This document shows positions 59,798-64,000 of a DNA stretch of 64,000 bases, piece by piece. The notes beneath the pieces were generated by a model, which was not told where the DNA came from, searched no databases, and saw only the letters and a program-made list of their open reading frames with translations. Origin of the DNA: Antedon mediterranea (lineage: Eukaryota > Animalia > Echinodermata); contig NC_092677.1 of the NCBI RefSeq assembly GCF_964355755.1, positions 15,708,101-15,772,100 on the forward strand, given 5' to 3'. The first letter of the stretch is position 1. Each line of letters opens with the position of its first letter. A program made the position numbers and the translations under genes.

Positions 59798-61197
59798 ATG
59801 GACTTGGCACAGGTAAGATGTACGTTATGTAGGCCTACTGCTTATCAGTAAAATTGAATGAAAGTTAATAAACATATTCTTTTCCAATTAAATACCACTT
59901 ATGGGACGGATTTCGGTTCTTTTATTTTCTATAACCATTTTTATAGTACTTAGTAATTGTAGTAATAACAGTAGGCCTTACTTTTTTAAGGGGGTCTTCA
60001 ATTAGACAATACCGTAATATTCTTTTTCAATTAAATACCACCTATGGGACTAATTTTCACTCTTTTATTTTTTATAACTATTTTTATAGTACTTAGTAAT
60101 TGTAGTCATAATAGTAGGCCTTACTTTTTAAGGGGATCTTCAATAAGACAAGACCGTACTAGAAATAGTTGAATATCAATTTCATTGGCAAGTAATGTTA
60201 GTTTATCTTTTAATGATGACATAATCTGTATGTGTGTCTGTATTGATTTGTACAAATGAAATTATTTAGATTTTAATCAAATTAATTCTTAAATCGTTTT
60301 GTTCAATGAATATACAACTATGTATTGCAGAAAAACTATTTACATTTTGATTAACTGAACACTAGCCTAGCGGTGTCACCACTGTACCAGACAGTGTATT
60401 AAAATGAGGCAAATATCACCGAGGAATTACCTATCTATTATACTAATTTACAAATTGACTGCAAGATGATTGATCTATTATTACCATAAATTTCTTTTGT
60501 TTTGTTAGGTTTTGATTCTTATATTAATTTGGAAAAGTATTGGTAAGTTCCGTTGTTGTTTTATTGAATGAGCTACTGTACATGGAGCAATGAGCCATGG
60601 TACTTTTGTTTAAACATTGATAATTTCCTATAAAATGTAGGTCTCACGAATTAGATTTTTGGTGAGGCCTCTGGAATTCAAAGTAGGCAATAATTCTCAC
60701 TTGATCCATCTGGGTTTGTTTGTTTGTACTATTTATTGCTATTAATAATATCCACAATACAATACATTATAATTAACAAAATCATACAGAAACAAAGTAA
60801 TATATATTTATGGTATAGCAGAGTATAATCCTTTAAACTGGCAAACTGTTTCAGAAGGGGTCCTAAAACTTTTTGCTGAATTGAATGCCGCATTATTTAA
60901 GTCGTGTATTTTTATATTTTTATAATTTATACAAGTAGTTAATAGTATATTAATATATATCATGAATATTATATATATCAACAGTTTCCGAGTTCGAATC
61001 TCGGTTAGGCGGCTTTTTTAATTCTCACAGATTTCTTCATCTTTATCGTTTAAAAATCAATTAATTTTTCCATATATCACCGAGTGATTGTAGTGGAAAG
61101 AAGGATAGGGCGATATTTTCTGCGAAATGTGACAACTTTAAATTCACGTACAAAATCTGTTTTTTTTTATAAGGTATATCTGCTTACCAGGCTATTG
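59798..61197 (+). CDS. Gene C: first three exons of a third paralog (continues beyond the window or is truncated)
   Basis: Exons 59798-59812 (MDLAQ, 15 nt), 60509-60542 (VLILILIWKSI, 34 nt), 61174-61197 (GISAYQAI, 24 nt): same sizes, phases and GTAAG donors as gene B exons 1-3. Confidence 0.75.
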
Positions 61198-61369
61198 GTA
61201 AGTTTACTTATATTATTTTAGTTCTTTATTTTTAAATGTAAAAACTATTTACTAATTTATAATTTAAACATGTACCCGTATTTTCCCCATAAACATAATT
61301 ATTAGAACATAATAATAAAATCAGACTTTATTCACTTACGTATACAAAATGAATAATGATTTTCCTAAT

Positions 61370-62165
61370 AACAAGGCCAACAGCCATTAAGTCGCGTGCT
61401 ACAATGCATAGTGATACCGGACCGACAGACAAACAGACCGACAGACAGACAGACCGACAGACAGACGGACCGACCGACATAGTGAACTATACTGACCGAA
61501 ATTACTGAACATGTTTAAAAATGTTGAAATGTTTAAAAACATTTATATTTTTTTAATTTACACGTGCGTAGCCTGTCACTTTTGACGTGCTCGTATAACG
61601 TAATTTCGAGTTGAAAAGTAAGTCAAGAAAACAGAAATCGGGCAAAAAGAGTGCGCAATAACATTTAACGCGCAGTGTGCGCGCAAAAATCTGCGCACTC
61701 ATGGCAATTTTGTAAACGCTTAAAATTGCCTGAAACGTACTCTTATTTCATCGAAAATAAATTTTGAAAATTTTAGGCGCGCGTACGCATGCGTTACATG
61801 CGCTACGCACGTAATTGTATTGCCATATGATGATTTATGCCCTGAAATTTATGAGTACCAAATTTTATTTAATTGTGATTCATGGTTGTTAAGATATGAT
61901 TACAAACGTGATTTCGTTAAATCGTGCGTAGACCGCGTAATTTTTTTATTGCGCACCGTGAAATCATAACCACATCGATTCCTGGCCATAAGGAATATTC
62001 TGTGAAAAATTGATTTAGCTAGATTAAACTGATATCAAGATAAGGTCATAAAGCGATAAAACGCATAGTGATACCGGACCGACAGACAGACAGACAGACC
62101 GACAGACAGACAGACAGACAGACCGACCGACATAGTGAACTATAGAGTCGCTTCCACGCGACTAA
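61370..62165 (-). mobile_element. Helentron/DINE-like non-autonomous element with two (GACA)n tracts
   Basis: Sub-terminal IRs AGTCGCGTG (61391) / CACGCGACT (62155), terminal hairpin AGTCGC-TTCCAC-GCGACT, duplicated (GACA)n blocks; related end at ~43790-43852. Confidence 0.65.
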
Positions 62166-62889
62166 AAACAAACATTTAAATTAAACTAAAAACCCATTGT
62201 CTGAAAGACAATTTGTCTTTTCCCCGTTAAATTAGTTTTTTCGGTTAAATAATTGCTTTGATCTAATTTCAAATAATGTGACATTAAAATAGCATTATTC
62301 AAAAAGTTTAAGTTTTTTAAAACATATATTTTTTCAGGGGAACAATATCTTTCAAATATTGGTAATTCAATATTGATCATTCCTTTTTTTGGGATTTTGG
62401 GTGGAAAACTCAGATTTCAGATTAATCTGAGTTTTCTCGATCTGGAACGCTCATATTATCAAGATCTGAATTTTTAGTTCCATTCTTCAACTAAAAAAAT
62501 CATCGATCATCAAATAGGTCGTTCCATTATTACTCAGAGGGTAAGTTATTTGAAATACTACAGTATTGTACGTTTTCATCATAAAGAAAATACAGTAGAT
62601 ATCACTGTAAAATTTGGACTTAGTATTTAGGCTTAGCCTAGCTGCTAAGCAAACTCAATTCAAGGCTCACCGTGTGAGCCGCGATCGCGATGTATCGGAA
62701 AGAGTAGACTTAGCCCTACTAGGCTAGAGGGATGCTTGGTCAACTTGTACCCAAACTAACTGGTACCCAAGCCAACTCGTACCCAACTTAAATATTAATT
62801 AGTAAGAAAACGTATAATCAATATTAATAGAATAATAGTGTAGTATTTCCAAATAACCTACCCTCTAATTAATATTTAGGAAAACATTA

Positions 62890-64000
62890 CACGATGTTGT
62901 TAAACTTGTTGATCTTAAAGATAATAGGCTTGTCGCTATTGAGGTTGGCAAGGGTAGGTATAAAACCTTATTTGTTAACCTGTACTTACCCTATGAATGC
63001 GACGACAACTTTGGTGAATATTTACAATATTTAGGTAAAATCAAAAGTATTGTTGAAGAGTTTGACAATGACAAAGTAGTCCTTGTTGGTGATTTTAATT
63101 CTGATCCTAAGAAAAAATTCGGTAACGAATTGATTGATTTTTGCACTGAGTATAACTTGGTTATATCTGATTTGGAATACTTTGGTCATTACTCAGGTAC
63201 GTTTACTTATTTTAGTGATGCTCACAGTACCACAAGTTGGTTAGACCATGTTGTGAGCACTCATAGTTCCCATTCTCTGCTGTGTAATTTTATAGTTAAT
63301 TATGATTTTATGTATTCTGATCACTTTCCTATTTCGTTTGACTATTTAGGCATTGATATTTGTGATGATTGTAATGACAAGGGTGAAAATATGCATGAAT
63401 CCTCAAAAACTATCAGAGTTAACTGGAATAATGTTAAGAGGGAGGATATAAACAATTTTAATGAGATAACTGAATCCTTACTTAGTAACCTTTATTTTAT
63501 TTATTTTCTTTATTTATATTTTTTTCTTCTCTTAATTTAAATATTTTGTAAAGGCAATCCCGTCACAAGATTGTAATCTTTTTGGGATTTGCCTTCGTCC
63601 ATTTTCTTGTTTTATCACTTGCCATTTTGTTTTTGTCACTTTTGTCTTTTAGACGTGAATAGATGTTCCTTGAATTGAACCTTACTCTCAATTGCGATGG
63701 TATACTTTGTAATGATTCCTCAAGTAAAGATGAATGCCATTGCAATGATATTAGTGATTTATATGACAATGTTATTGAGTGTCTGAGAGTCAGTTCTGAG
63801 GGGTGTTTTAAGTCGACTAAAAATCAAAAAGTCAATGTTGTCCCTGGGTGGAATAACTGAGTAGCTGGATTTCATAAACATGCCCGGGAAGCATTTTTGA
63901 AGTGGCGTGGGTTGGGTAAACCCAGATATGGCCACATCTATTAACACATGAAAATCACTAGATCTAATTTCAAAAATGCCCTCAGAAAGTGTAAATCCAA
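62890..64000 (+). mobile_element. Degraded non-LTR retrotransposon ORF2 (AP-endonuclease domain)
   Basis: VNLYLPY, VVLVGDFNSD, FTY...SWLDHVV, SDHFPI, then VVPGWN and GKPR..G motifs with stops/frameshifts; interrupted at ~63493-63677 by an AT-rich insert bounded by AACCTT. Confidence 0.85.

Noticed and set aside
60985-61020. B-box-like GAGTTCGAATCTC hairpin followed by a T-run
   Set aside because: No A box or cloverleaf; at most a SINE relic.

Overview
AT-rich, intron-rich animal genomic DNA; the gene families suggest an invertebrate deuterostome such as an echinoderm (inference). Left part: an 18+-exon EGF/calcium-binding-EGF repeat gene (minus, running off the left edge), a Golgi carbohydrate sulfotransferase, and two divergently oriented single-exon class A GPCR paralogs plus a deleted pseudocopy, separated by a 4.4 kb long-armed inverted repeat. 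Right part: a tandem array of three paralogous genes (A, B, C) sharing a micro-exon-encoded signal peptide. Gene B (~1020 aa) joins a Tie-receptor-like ectodomain (FN3-Ig-like-Ig-4xEGF-FN3-FN3) to two C-type lectin domains, with no transmembrane or kinase exon visible. Gene A appears to derive from such a gene by deletions that fused the signal-peptide exon into the end of an FN3 exon, giving a compact two-domain lectin. Gene C starts near the right edge. Also present: a P-loop sulfotransferase-like single-exon gene, a head-to-tail Helitron dimer, nested transposons, Harbinger-type MITEs, LINE and Penelope fragments, and a (TA)n-targeted insertion carrying two tRNA-like units and a degenerate hammerhead ribozyme. 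All exon models were built by hand from GT-AG sites and reading phase and have no transcript support.
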